Positions 8,431 to 18,337 are shown, numbered from the stretch's first letter. The stretch is 50,822 nt of DNA from a virus (IMGVR_UViG_3300026302_000105:1-50822); one strand, 5' to 3'. Numbers and translations are program-made. The notes: generated from the letters alone by a model not told the origin.

Positions 8431-9333
8431 TCAGCCGGCGAACTGAGCGACACCGCGGAACGACCGCGACGGCAGCAGGCACATCAGCTTGATCGGCGTG
8501 GAGCCGTTGGGGTTCGCGTTCGGCGCATAGGTTCCGCGCACATCCCCGGTCGTCGCCGTTGCCACCGCCGTTGCGCCCGCCACGAAGGTGCCGTTCGTCA
8601 CGACAGCGCCGTTGACCACCTCCTTGATGATAGCGCCAGCCGGAGCATAGGCGGGAAGGCCGAAGACCTTGGAGTTGCCCACGGTAAGCCCGGTGACATC
8701 GGCCGAGACCGAGATCCCGGTGATAGTCTTGAACGCCTTGGCGCCGGTCATCGAGGTTCCCGAGCCCGAGCTTTCGACCATGGTCTCGCCGAACTCATCG
8801 GTTCCCGTCACGGTCAGCACCGCGGTCCCGGTCCAGGCGGCGACCACGTTGCGGGGTACATCGAAGGTCGCCACCCCATCCTCGGCGAGGGCCCCGTTGA
8901 TGCCGGTCTCGAGGCCGCCAGCAGCCGTGGCGGCCTGCGAGGCGACAGCGCCATCCGAATCCGAGGTCACCGGCGACCCCAGATCGATCATGACCGGGAA
9001 CAGGTCCGACATCGCGGCGTCGTTGGCGAGGTTGTCGGCGTCGAGCATGGCGCCGCTGCGATCGAGCTCGATCCAGATGATCGCGCCAGCGGGGAAAGAA
9101 GTCTGCGAGTTGTTCGTGATCGAGACGGTCGAGGCGAGATCCTTGACGGTGATCTCGTTGCGTTCCGCCTCCAGCGCGCGCGCCTCGCGGGACGTGATCC
9201 GATGCTTGGTGCCGCCGCCATAGCTGCCGGGCCCGCGGCCCGACGGATAGGCGATGGCAAGCGTACCACCTGCCGCCCAGGCCGAAACCAGGGTGTGCTG
9301 GATCGAGTCGATGGTGTCGTTGACCTTGGTCAT
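8431..9333 (-). CDS. Virion structural protein (decoration/head-fibre-like)
   Basis: Start MTKVND with AGGAG RBS; Thr/Gly/Ala-rich beta protein; has its own promoter motif and downstream hairpin. Confidence 0.65.
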   Translation of the reverse strand: MTKVNDTIDSIQHTLVSAWAAGGTLAIAYPSGRGPGSYGGGTKHRITSREARALEAERNEITVKDLASTVSITNNSQTSFPAGAIIWIELDRSGAMLDADNLANDAAMSDLFPVMIDLGSPVTSDSDGAVASQAATAAGGLETGINGALAEDGVATFDVPRNVVAAWTGTAVLTVTGTDEFGETMVESSGSGTSMTGAKAFKTITGISVSADVTGLTVGNSKVFGLPAYAPAGAIIKEVVNGAVVTNGTFVAGATAVATATTGDVRGTYAPNANPNGSTPIKLMCLLPSRSFRGVAQFAG

Positions 9334-9379
9334 ACCTGTCTCCTGAGAAAGGGCAGGCACAGCGCCCGCATCCAGTGGC

Positions 9380-9414
9380 AGAATGCGGCGCCCGCGGTTC
9401 ATCGTGCGGCGAAA
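9380..9414 (-). promoter_or_regulatory. Putative late promoter B
   Basis: TTTCGCCGCACG-N17-CATTCT, intergenic. Confidence 0.7.
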
Positions 9415-9525
9415 CTAGGGAACTGGCGGGTGCATGGCGGCAGAATCATTGACTCTACCCGGGCTCAGCCCGTTGATCAGGGCCAGGTACCGTTCACTGC
9501 TCTCTTTGAGGTAAGGACCCCAGTC

Positions 9526-10251
9526 TTGTCACTATTCATGACGCTCGATTGTCCGCATTGCTTCGCTCGCACTGCGTCCTTTTCAATAAGAAGTGTCCAC
9601 CTTCTTTCATCAAAGAATATACAAAACATCTACTCAAATGAAATCGAAGTCCATGGAGTTTGCCGCTCCTGCAACCATTCAGTCGTGGCGGGATTTTCCT
9701 ACGTAACGGGATACCAGTTCAGGGCTGACCACCTTCGAGGCGATATCACAAAAGGCTTTAGCGGGAGCGCTATTGGAGGACTTGATCTAAGAGCCAAGAA
9801 GATCTGGCAAGCACCTGAGATCCCAAAATCAGAATTGCCTGACCATCTTCCCGAGAACGTGGTCCGGCCATTAATCGAAGCTGAAACAGCGTTTTCTCAC
9901 GGGCTTTGGGGCGCCGCTGCAGCAAGCTACCGGAAAACGGTCGAGCGCGCCGTCACGCCGCTGATCGACGGCGACACAAATCGAAAAGAGCTGGGCAAAA
10001 AGCTGGGAATGCTAGAGAAGCAGGGGACTCTTCCCGAAGCCATGCTCGAGTGGATTCGCGTCGTCAAAGACCAGGGGAATTTCGCGCTTCACGACAATGA
10101 CTATGACTTTGATGCGAAGGATCAGATCGAGCCTGCTCGGGAGTTCACTATCACCCTGCTCACCTATCTCTTTACCCTTCCAGAGAAGGTGCGCCTCGCG
10201 CGCGCGCTGCCGGAGCCGGAGCAAGACGCTACGGCACCGGAGGGTGCATAG
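9526..10251 (+). CDS. DUF4145 (HEPN-like) protein with N-terminal Zn ribbon; moron
   Basis: CPHC/CRSC motifs; LPENV..PLIEAE...AAASYRKTVE...GNFALH. Visibly lower GC, antisense to late genes. Start is TTG 9526 (AAGGA RBS) or ATG 9538. Confidence 0.85.
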   Translation: MSLFMTLDCPHCFARTASFSIRSVHLLSSKNIQNIYSNEIEVHGVCRSCNHSVVAGFSYVTGYQFRADHLRGDITKGFSGSAIGGLDLRAKKIWQAPEIPKSELPDHLPENVVRPLIEAETAFSHGLWGAAAASYRKTVERAVTPLIDGDTNRKELGKKLGMLEKQGTLPEAMLEWIRVVKDQGNFALHDNDYDFDAKDQIEPAREFTITLLTYLFTLPEKVRLARALPEPEQDATAPEGA

Positions 10252-13200
10252 TCGCAATATTCGCGGCGCGTTGCTGGACCGAGGCGGCGCGCGCCCGGCG
10301 CTGAACCGCTTCAATCTGGAGGCGGATCTCATTGGCTCGTTGCACCCGCTCCGCGCGCGGCAGGTCACCGTTGACCACGGCTGTCAGCTCAGCGCGCAGG
10401 TCGCTCAGCGCTCCATCAGCCAGATCGAGCGGCCGAATGATGCTCTGGCGCCAATCCAGCTGACCGTTGCGCCGGACACCGACATTCATCTCGCCGCTGA
10501 TCTCGTCCCACACCTCCCGAGCCGCTGCATTTTCAGGGTCGGCCTGCAAATCGCTCCACGCCTGGCGCGCCCTGTTCTTCATCTCGGTCAGCTCCTCGCG
10601 CAGATCATAATAGAGGGTCTGCTCCGGGAAGCTGCTGGTCTCCGAGGTGAACGCGCGCGCGATCGGGATGTTGCGCCTTTCCGTCGGCGTGCCGGTGGCC
10701 ATGTCGAGCACTGCACCACCGACCTGCTGCGCGAAGATACCGGTCCCGCCGGTGACGAAGCGATAGAGGTAATCGAGGTGCCCGGGATAAAGGTCGATCC
10801 GGCCAGGGGTATAGGCGTCACCACCAGAGACACGGTTCAGGAACTGCGCAATCTCGACCGCACCGCGAGTGTTGCTGCGCTCAAAGAACTGCGAGGAGCG
10901 CGGCAGGCCCTCGGCGGCGCCGTACCTGTCATCCGGGACGATAGGGGTGTCCATGAAGTTGCGGTTCAGGCGCATGTCGACCAGCGGATCAAGGATCGTC
11001 GGCGTGACCATGTTCTCCCATTGGCCGTCCGCCAGGGGGTTCCACGACATCATGCCGGCGCTGCCGACGTTGCGGATCACCTCCTCGGGCGTGCGACGCC
11101 CCATTGCGGCCAGCATGAGCTCCGAGCCAAGGGCGAGGAACGGGCGCAGAGGGTAGGCCATCCGCCAGTTGACGGTGGTGAGGCGCTGGCGCGTTTGAGG
11201 GCGACCGTCCGGCATAATTACGGTCTCCGTCACGGTCCCGGTCGGAATGATGATGTTGCGGTGCCGGTCGTATTGCGACAGCCGCTCATAGAGCAGGATG
11301 CCCTCGGGATCATCATCGTCCCCCGCCAGCGCGCCCAACAGCGTCTGAAGCGCGCCCAGCACGATGACCGCGGGGAAGGCGACCGCCCAGTTGCGCGGGC
11401 GCTTCGCGAACCGGCCCAGCTTCTCGAGCGACTGGATCGCGGGGTTGATGAAGGCATAGGCCGCCCGTAGCGTCGGCGTGGCGGCTCCGCGACGATAGTA
11501 GTTGGTGGTGGCATCCTGAGCGAGCGCAGCCGCCTTCTCGCGGCTCAGGCCTTGCTCGCGCGCCGCCACATACATCGCCAGTCGCGACGCGCTCTCGATC
11601 GGCTGGTTCAGCTTCGAGATCGCGGTGATCATCGCCTCGCCGGCCGCGGCCATCGCATCACCGGCGGCCGAGGCCTTGGCTTTCAGGCCTGGTGTCGAGC
11701 GACCCGCGCGGCGCGTCATGCGGTCAATGTCGCGCGCAACATCATCCATGTCGCGGAGCGCGACGAAGTTGATCTTGCCCCCGTCGAGCTTCCATTCCTC
11801 GATATACTGCTGCATCCGGCGCTGCTGGGCTGGGCTGACATTCTGGCGCCGCATGATGCGCTGCCGCATCCAGTCAACCGCATCGCCGAACTCGTCGCGG
11901 AAGGCCTCGGTCAGCGCGGGCATGTAGGCCTTGGCATAGGCGGCGGCCATGCCTTTCTTGTCCACGTTGTGCGCGGTCCAGAGCCCTTCGATCAGGTCGG
12001 ACTGCAGGTTCGGCACCGTGAAGTTCGGGTTGAGAGCGGTGGACGTGGCCGCGACCATGCGGGTGACCGCGCCGACGGACACCTGAAAGGATCGCGCGAT
12101 GCGCTCCATGAGCTTGCGCGGATCGTCACCGCCAAGACGGTTCAGGGCGTCCAGAAGATAGGCGTCCTCAATCCGCAGATACACCTTGTCGCCGCCGACC
12201 TTGACCGCCATCGCGTGCCGCGGATCGACATAGCCGAAGTCGACGACATCGCTGACCATCCCGGTCTTGGGGTCCAGCACCTTGCGCGTCGGCAGCTTGC
12301 CGACCACCTCCCAGAGACCGGGTGCCGGATAGGCCTGCACCAGGTTCATCAGCGTCTTTGCCACCCGGTTCTTCTCGGCGCGAACGATGCCTTCCTGCCG
12401 CATGGTGATGATCTGGCTGATTGGATCATCGGCAATTGAAGTCCGCCCCAAGGCGCTTCGCACCTCTTTGCCGCGCATGTCGAAGCCGTTGCCGAGGCGG
12501 CCGATCTGCTCGCCATCATCGCGTTCGGCGAAGCCGCGGAGGGGAACATAGTTCTGATACATGCCGCGCCAGCTCTGGTACTGCTGATCGCTGATCAGAC
12601 CGGCGTTGCGGCGCAGAAGCAGGTCATCGTCCAGCATCTTGCGCAGGCGCTTGGCCAGCGCCTCAAGGGCCGGGACCTTGCCTTGTGCCTGAAGGTCGGC
12701 CAGCAGCGCCTGGGCGGCGCTGTCATGGATGCCGGAGCCGCCACCGGCGGCAAATCGCTGCGGATCGCGCTTCTGCATGACCGCGTTGCGCTCGGGGGCG
12801 TGCTTGGCAACCATGTAGACCCACAGGTCCTCGCGGCTGATGCCGGCCTGCTTCGATGCGCGCTTCATCGCGTCGAAGAAATCCTTCACCTCCCCTTGAA
12901 ACAGGCGCTCCAGTCGCTCCGCAACGCGGGCCGGGAACAGGCTTTGCCGCTGCGAGGCATTCAGCCTGTCCGTCAGCGGCTGTCCGGTCGCTGCCTCGAT
13001 TTCCGCCTGGGCGGCGCGCAGGTAGAGAAACTGGTCCTGGAACGCCTCGCGCACCGCCATGCCGAGACCCCGCTTCGGCAGCGTCCACGACATCGGCAGC
13101 GGCGGCTGGTGGAAGCCTGCCGGCGGGCCGAACTGCGCGTTGGCGCGCTGGATGCGCTCGATTGCAGTCTCCGGCACGCTGGTGTGTGCCGAGGGCTGGC

Positions 13201-16200
13201 CGATTGCCGGGTTGGTCTGCTGGCGGCGGAGGATGGTTGGGATGCGGCTGAACTGCGCTGCGCCCTGACCGCCACCACGCACTTGCCCACGCGCGCCCAC
13301 CTCACCCGCGAGGATCGCGTCGAACACCGACTGAGCATCCCTGAACCCGGCGCCGCGCAGGGCATTGCCGAGGGCCTTGAGGAACCGGCTGATCTGGTTG
13401 AAGGCCCGGGCCAAAACTGGTGTGCGGGGCGCATGCTTGGCGATCCAGGCCTCGGAAAACTCGGCGGCAATGGCCTCCTCGATCTGGCTGATCGGATCGA
13501 GGTCGCGGTAGAGCTCGCGGATGTTGTGCTTGTCCATCCAGGACGCCGCCGCCTCGGCTTCGAGCGCCCGCCATTCCTTCTCGCTGAACAGGCCATATTC
13601 CCGGCCCCAGAGCGCGGGATCGCGAAGCATATGGATCGCCTCGTGGTGCATGGTCGACATGCTGCCCTCGGTCGAATCCAGAGCGACCTGAACCAGTCCC
13701 ATGAGGTAGGAGCCGTCGACCGGCACCACGTTGCCGTCGGCATCGGTGCCCAGGAGGCGATCCACGACACGAAGGCGGATCTCTTCAGGCAGGCCCAGCC
13801 GCTTCCATGCCTGTTGCAGGGCCGTGCCCATGGCGCGGCGCTTCATGTCGAGCTGATCAGCGCTGAAGCTGGAGCGGCGGTAGCGCTCTTCGGCGCGGGA
13901 GAACTTCGGCTCCGCCACCGGATGCGACGGTTCGCTCAAATCAAGCGGCGCCTGCGTCTCCCCGTCCAGCGTCAGGGTGCCGGTGAACGGCTCGACCTGC
14001 GCCAGATCGACGTCGCCAAGATCGTAGGTCAGGGTGATGTGCGGCTGATAGGACGGGAAATCCCACGACGCCCCGGCATCGCGGTATTTCTGCCAGTCCT
14101 CTTGCAGACGGCGCGCGCTGGCGCCGGTGATTGGCAGGACAATGGCTCCTTCGTCGCCCAGTCTCTTGGGTTGCCCGAAATCGGATACCGTGACCGGGCT
14201 GTCGGAGGTGGGCGCCGCGACAGGATCACGGGAAAAAGCCGTGGTGACGTGCAGATCGTCCGCTGCGAGGAGGTTGGTGAAGCCTTGGGCTTTGGCCCAT
14301 TCGACGAGCGCGCCAGGGTTGCTGACGGCGCGGGAGGCATAGAGCGGCGCCGCCTCGGCCTGCGCCTGGATCGGATCCCGGTCGGTCTCTTCGGCCGCGG
14401 CGGTGACGGGCGCGGCGACCAAGACCGGCCCCGCCCGCATGTCGCGCGCCTCGGGTTCGGTGCGGTGCGTCCGGGGCCGTTCGTTGGGCGCATCCACCCA
14501 AGCGCCATCCTTCCGCGAGACGGCCTGCACCGTCGCCGTCCACTCGCCATTCGTGCCGCGGTCGAAGCTGATGACGCGATCATGGCCTCCGCCATAGGTG
14601 CGGACGATGTTACCCGGTGCGAAGTACTCCGCCAGGCGGTCAAGCTGCGCCTCACGTTCGCGCTGCGCCTTGGTGGTGCGCTGTTTCGGCGATGGGGCAG
14701 GCCGCGCCGCCGGCGCATCGAGCAAGTCGCCCTGCGTGTCGAACAACGGCCCGGCGTCGCCCTCATTACCGCCAAGGCGCCGCATCTTGCTCTGCTGCTG
14801 GCGCGCGGCGATCTCGGCGCGCTGACGGTCGCTGACCTGCTGACGCGCCTGGGTGTCGCTGATCTCGGCACCGGGGATGACGGCCTGATCGCCCGCGGCG
14901 GTGCGGTCGGTTACACCCCGATCGGCTGGTTGGGCGCCGGAATCACCGCGCTCATCCCGCCCGCCTTCGCGTTGTCGATCATCTTCTGCAGGTTGTCCCG
15001 ATGCCGCTCGATCGTCGCCCGGCTCTCCGGCGACAGGTTCGCCGCGCTGAGCGAGCGGTTCATCTCCGAAAGGGACTTCTCCCATTTCGGGAGATTGCGG
15101 CTCATCGGCAGCGTTTTCATCGGTGACAGCCTCCTGATAGCTGCGAACAGCCTGGTCGTGCACGGCGTCGTCAATCGAGCCGCCTTCGCGGTTCAGCCGA
15201 TCCACGATAGCGCTGCGCTCGCCTTCGGTCCAGCTTCCACCGATCTCGCCCAGCTTGCGGTCAACTTCCTTCGCAATCCGGTTGATGCGGCGCTGGTTCC
15301 CGCTTGAATCAGCATCGGGCGGCATCACGCGCCGACCGTCAGCCCCCTCGTCGATGGTCTCGTTCAGACCGCGGGCCCGCCGGTCGCGCGCCTCTTGCTC
15401 CATCCGCCGCGCCTCACGCGCGCCATAGCTCACATCGAATGGCGTTCCCGCGGCCTCGCCCGCCAGTGCTTCGATGATCGCCTCACGGTTGGCATAACGC
15501 CCGGTTCCGTCGGTCCCAAGCAGCTGCGCGGCGTCAGTGCCCAGCGTGGCTGGGTCGATGTTGTCGAGATCCGTGGCGCCACCCGGCTTGAACAGGCGGG
15601 GATGCGTTTGCGGTGTGACGCCGCGCGCCGCAAGCTCGCTCGCGGCCCAGCTGGGAACGGTTGCTCCGTTCTGCTGGATCGTCGGCGCGATGCCTCCTTG
15701 GCTCGCGATCTTTGCCATGAGCGGCTGGCGATAACGCAACTCAGGGAACTGCTGCCGAGGCGCCTGCGCATTGCGAGGTGCATATTTCGGCGCCACTTTC
15801 GGCAATTCGGCGCGCCGATCGGCCTCGCGGGCCGCCTCTTCCGCCCTGGCGCGCTGGTTGACCTGAGCCAAGTGCTCACCAATCGGGACGGCCTCATACC
15901 GATCATCTCGCAGGTTTTCGATCTGCGCGCGGCTCGAGGTCTCCATGATGGCCTCGCCGGTTTCCCGGTCTCGGATTACCCAGCTGGCGGGCTCTCGTGC
16001 TGGATCGGCAAAGGAGCCGGGCGCGCTACGCTCGGGCTGCCCAGCCGCAGGCTGATCAACCCGCCCCACAACGGGCTGGGCCTGCGGCTGAACCGGGGCT
16101 GCTGCCTGCCCCACGTCACCTGCTTGCGCGGCAACGGCATCGGTGGCCGCCGGGGCGGCCTGTTCCTCGATCGGCGAAATCACGATGTCGCCGTCTTCGA

Positions 16201-18325
16201 TGTCCTGGCGCGGGAGAACGCTCTCGGTCCCGTCGGCCTCGCGGATGCGGATGCCGTCGGGGTCTTCCCCAAGCACCTCAACCGGGAACGGTTGCTGACC
16301 GCCGATGGATACCCCCATTCGTGCGCGCGCTGCTGCGGCCGGTGGCGGCGCAACCGCTGCACGGCCAGGAGGCAGCGGCGCAGTCGCGACCGCCTGAGGT
16401 TCGGCCGGGACGGGTGCCACGTCCGGCACCTGCCGAGGCACACCGGGGACATAGGGCCGGATGCCGGTGATCTCGGCGCCGCGCTGCACGTCCTCGGGGC
16501 TCGGCTCTTCGCGGGGCGCCCTGACCGGTGCCTCGACCTGCGACCCCATGGCCTGAGCAAGCGCGCCGGTGCCAGCGCCGAGGATGCCGCCGATCAGCGC
16601 CGACTCCGTGACGCCATCCGACCAGCCGCGCTCGGGGTCGTAATACCCTTGCGCGATCAGGTTGTTTAGCGCCTGCGAAGCCGCCTCCTGCGCGGCCTCC
16701 TCGCCCGCGTTTAGAGCGATCTCCCCGAACCGGCGGAACATCGTGCCCGCCACCCTGTCGCGGATGCCCGACGGCAGGAAGCGGAACGCGCGCCCGATCG
16801 GGATCACCTCGCTGGAACCGACCAGCGCGCCCCAACCGGCAGCCGAAAGCGCATCGTCCTGACTGGCGCCAGCCTGAAGCGCTTCCTCGTAGACCTGCCC
16901 GGAATTGCTGGCCGCGCCAATACCGCCGGTGGCGACGATTGCACCACCCGGGCCGCCAAGCGCGCCACCGGCCAGCGCCGCCCCGAGGAAGGCCGACATG
17001 GACCCGGCGCCCTGGGCAAGCGATGCCCAGAAGGACGGATCATCGGGCGGCGTCCCGAAGGTGTCGGCAAACCTGGCGCGCAGGCCCTCCGCAGCCCCAC
17101 GGAAATCCACAGGCTCCTGCTGGCCAGCGACGGCCTGCTGGCCGGCCGCAATGCCGGAAAGACGCTCCTGCCCCACCTGCATATCGGCGATTCGCTGAGC
17201 AAGGATTGCCCGCTCTTCATCGCGAAGGGATGGATCGGCGAGACGCTGCTGCATTTCCATGATGGTGCGCGCGCGCTCTTCCTGTAGACCGGTCGCAGCC
17301 TCACGAGTTCCGGCGCTGGCCGGCGTGTCGGCCAAGGATGCCGCTGTCTGCAACGCATCGAGGCCCATGAGCGACGACACCAGCATCTCGTTGGCGCCCA
17401 GGCCGAACTGCTGGGCCCGACGCTGCAGGAGCGCCCCAATGCCCTCCCCGGCGAAGGGATCCGCCGCCGCGGCCCGTTGCTCCTCGACGCCGCGCATGAC
17501 GCCCTCGACGTACTCGGGCTGCATGGTGCGGGCTTCCAGCGCACGGATCTCCTCGGAGACGCGCGCGATGTCGGCCTCGATCTCGGGCCGCTGCTGTTCC
17601 GAAGCAGATGCGAGCTCAGCCTCGAGGTTCCTCAGCGTGCCCCGGGCACGCTCCATCATTCCCGCATCATAGGTGATCGGCGTGCGCGGGATCGGCGCGG
17701 TGCTGCCCATGGGCGCGGCGCCCGTCTCATGCCGGTAATCGCTCGGCGCCTGGAATTCACCGGACCAGAGGCCGAGACGGGCCGCCTCTGCCGCTTGGGC
17801 CTCACGCGAATACTGCTCGCCCATGTAAGGCAGCGCAGCCCCCGCGCCGACCATGCGGCGATTGAGGTCGGTGGTGCCTGACATCAGCGTGCCCAGGAGG
17901 CGCTGATAGCGATCGGTCCCGCTGAACTCCGGCTGCGATGGGTTCGCCTCCATCAGGCGCGTGAGCATGTCGGTCGACCACTGGCCCGCGGGCCACTCGC
18001 CGTCCGCACGCTGACCGGTCTGCGAGCTTTCCGGCGCGTCGATGCCGGTCATCCGCATCGAGCCCTCGGATGTTCTCACCGTGTCGCCGTCGATTGGCGC
18101 CGGCTGCACGGCAGGCGCTGCCGGGGGCGGCGTGTAAATCGAGGCAGGGCGCGGCTGCGGGCTCGGAGCGGCCGCCGCTGGATCCAGCCCGAGCGCCCGG
18201 TAAACCTCGCCGCGCGGTCGCTCCGCATAGAAGCGCTGATGCAGGGCATCGGCGAGGTCGTTGTCCGACATCTCGCCATACTGAGGATACCGCGCCCGGA
18301 TGTCCGCGATAGTGATGGTGGACAT
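10229..18325 (-). CDS. Giant ejection-type polyvalent protein: SNase + Acb1-like 2H phosphodiesterase + HExxH peptidase + LPD38
   Basis: 2698 aa, last of three ejection-position genes. DGDT/GIDAPE/DRYQR; LHVT/PHIT; HHEAIH; C-terminal LPD38-like NRNFMDTPIVP...PGHLDYL..FVTGG. Confidence 0.85.
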   Translation of the reverse strand: MSTITIADIRARYPQYGEMSDNDLADALHQRFYAERPRGEVYRALGLDPAAAAPSPQPRPASIYTPPPAAPAVQPAPIDGDTVRTSEGSMRMTGIDAPESSQTGQRADGEWPAGQWSTDMLTRLMEANPSQPEFSGTDRYQRLLGTLMSGTTDLNRRMVGAGAALPYMGEQYSREAQAAEAARLGLWSGEFQAPSDYRHETGAAPMGSTAPIPRTPITYDAGMMERARGTLRNLEAELASASEQQRPEIEADIARVSEEIRALEARTMQPEYVEGVMRGVEEQRAAAADPFAGEGIGALLQRRAQQFGLGANEMLVSSLMGLDALQTAASLADTPASAGTREAATGLQEERARTIMEMQQRLADPSLRDEERAILAQRIADMQVGQERLSGIAAGQQAVAGQQEPVDFRGAAEGLRARFADTFGTPPDDPSFWASLAQGAGSMSAFLGAALAGGALGGPGGAIVATGGIGAASNSGQVYEEALQAGASQDDALSAAGWGALVGSSEVIPIGRAFRFLPSGIRDRVAGTMFRRFGEIALNAGEEAAQEAASQALNNLIAQGYYDPERGWSDGVTESALIGGILGAGTGALAQAMGSQVEAPVRAPREEPSPEDVQRGAEITGIRPYVPGVPRQVPDVAPVPAEPQAVATAPLPPGRAAVAPPPAAAARARMGVSIGGQQPFPVEVLGEDPDGIRIREADGTESVLPRQDIEDGDIVISPIEEQAAPAATDAVAAQAGDVGQAAAPVQPQAQPVVGRVDQPAAGQPERSAPGSFADPAREPASWVIRDRETGEAIMETSSRAQIENLRDDRYEAVPIGEHLAQVNQRARAEEAAREADRRAELPKVAPKYAPRNAQAPRQQFPELRYRQPLMAKIASQGGIAPTIQQNGATVPSWAASELAARGVTPQTHPRLFKPGGATDLDNIDPATLGTDAAQLLGTDGTGRYANREAIIEALAGEAAGTPFDVSYGAREARRMEQEARDRRARGLNETIDEGADGRRVMPPDADSSGNQRRINRIAKEVDRKLGEIGGSWTEGERSAIVDRLNREGGSIDDAVHDQAVRSYQEAVTDENAADEPQSPEMGEVPFGDEPLAQRGEPVAGEPGDDRAASGQPAEDDRQREGGRDERGDSGAQPADRGVTDRTAAGDQAVIPGAEISDTQARQQVSDRQRAEIAARQQQSKMRRLGGNEGDAGPLFDTQGDLLDAPAARPAPSPKQRTTKAQREREAQLDRLAEYFAPGNIVRTYGGGHDRVISFDRGTNGEWTATVQAVSRKDGAWVDAPNERPRTHRTEPEARDMRAGPVLVAAPVTAAAEETDRDPIQAQAEAAPLYASRAVSNPGALVEWAKAQGFTNLLAADDLHVTTAFSRDPVAAPTSDSPVTVSDFGQPKRLGDEGAIVLPITGASARRLQEDWQKYRDAGASWDFPSYQPHITLTYDLGDVDLAQVEPFTGTLTLDGETQAPLDLSEPSHPVAEPKFSRAEERYRRSSFSADQLDMKRRAMGTALQQAWKRLGLPEEIRLRVVDRLLGTDADGNVVPVDGSYLMGLVQVALDSTEGSMSTMHHEAIHMLRDPALWGREYGLFSEKEWRALEAEAAASWMDKHNIRELYRDLDPISQIEEAIAAEFSEAWIAKHAPRTPVLARAFNQISRFLKALGNALRGAGFRDAQSVFDAILAGEVGARGQVRGGGQGAAQFSRIPTILRRQQTNPAIGQPSAHTSVPETAIERIQRANAQFGPPAGFHQPPLPMSWTLPKRGLGMAVREAFQDQFLYLRAAQAEIEAATGQPLTDRLNASQRQSLFPARVAERLERLFQGEVKDFFDAMKRASKQAGISREDLWVYMVAKHAPERNAVMQKRDPQRFAAGGGSGIHDSAAQALLADLQAQGKVPALEALAKRLRKMLDDDLLLRRNAGLISDQQYQSWRGMYQNYVPLRGFAERDDGEQIGRLGNGFDMRGKEVRSALGRTSIADDPISQIITMRQEGIVRAEKNRVAKTLMNLVQAYPAPGLWEVVGKLPTRKVLDPKTGMVSDVVDFGYVDPRHAMAVKVGGDKVYLRIEDAYLLDALNRLGGDDPRKLMERIARSFQVSVGAVTRMVAATSTALNPNFTVPNLQSDLIEGLWTAHNVDKKGMAAAYAKAYMPALTEAFRDEFGDAVDWMRQRIMRRQNVSPAQQRRMQQYIEEWKLDGGKINFVALRDMDDVARDIDRMTRRAGRSTPGLKAKASAAGDAMAAAGEAMITAISKLNQPIESASRLAMYVAAREQGLSREKAAALAQDATTNYYRRGAATPTLRAAYAFINPAIQSLEKLGRFAKRPRNWAVAFPAVIVLGALQTLLGALAGDDDDPEGILLYERLSQYDRHRNIIIPTGTVTETVIMPDGRPQTRQRLTTVNWRMAYPLRPFLALGSELMLAAMGRRTPEEVIRNVGSAGMMSWNPLADGQWENMVTPTILDPLVDMRLNRNFMDTPIVPDDRYGAAEGLPRSSQFFERSNTRGAVEIAQFLNRVSGGDAYTPGRIDLYPGHLDYLYRFVTGGTGIFAQQVGGAVLDMATGTPTERRNIPIARAFTSETSSFPEQTLYYDLREELTEMKNRARQAWSDLQADPENAAAREVWDEISGEMNVGVRRNGQLDWRQSIIRPLDLADGALSDLRAELTAVVNGDLPRAERVQRANEIRLQIEAVQRRARAASVQQRAANIATMHPPVP

Positions 18326-18337
18326 GGTGGGTCTCCC

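Noticed and set aside
3504-9333. Diversity-generating retroelement or invertible tail-fibre cassette
   Set aside because: No reverse transcriptase, invertase or template/variable repeat pair seen.
7660-9525. 863-aa plus-strand ORF 7660..10251 as one protein
   Set aside because: The first ~620 codons are the antisense shadow of real minus-strand genes; only the low-GC DUF4145 part is credible.
12683-15307. Long antisense ORFs (also 5662..7407, 10097..11470, 25597..27117, 44514..45854)
   Set aside because: Typical stop-free shadows of high-GC coding strands; no motifs or RBS.
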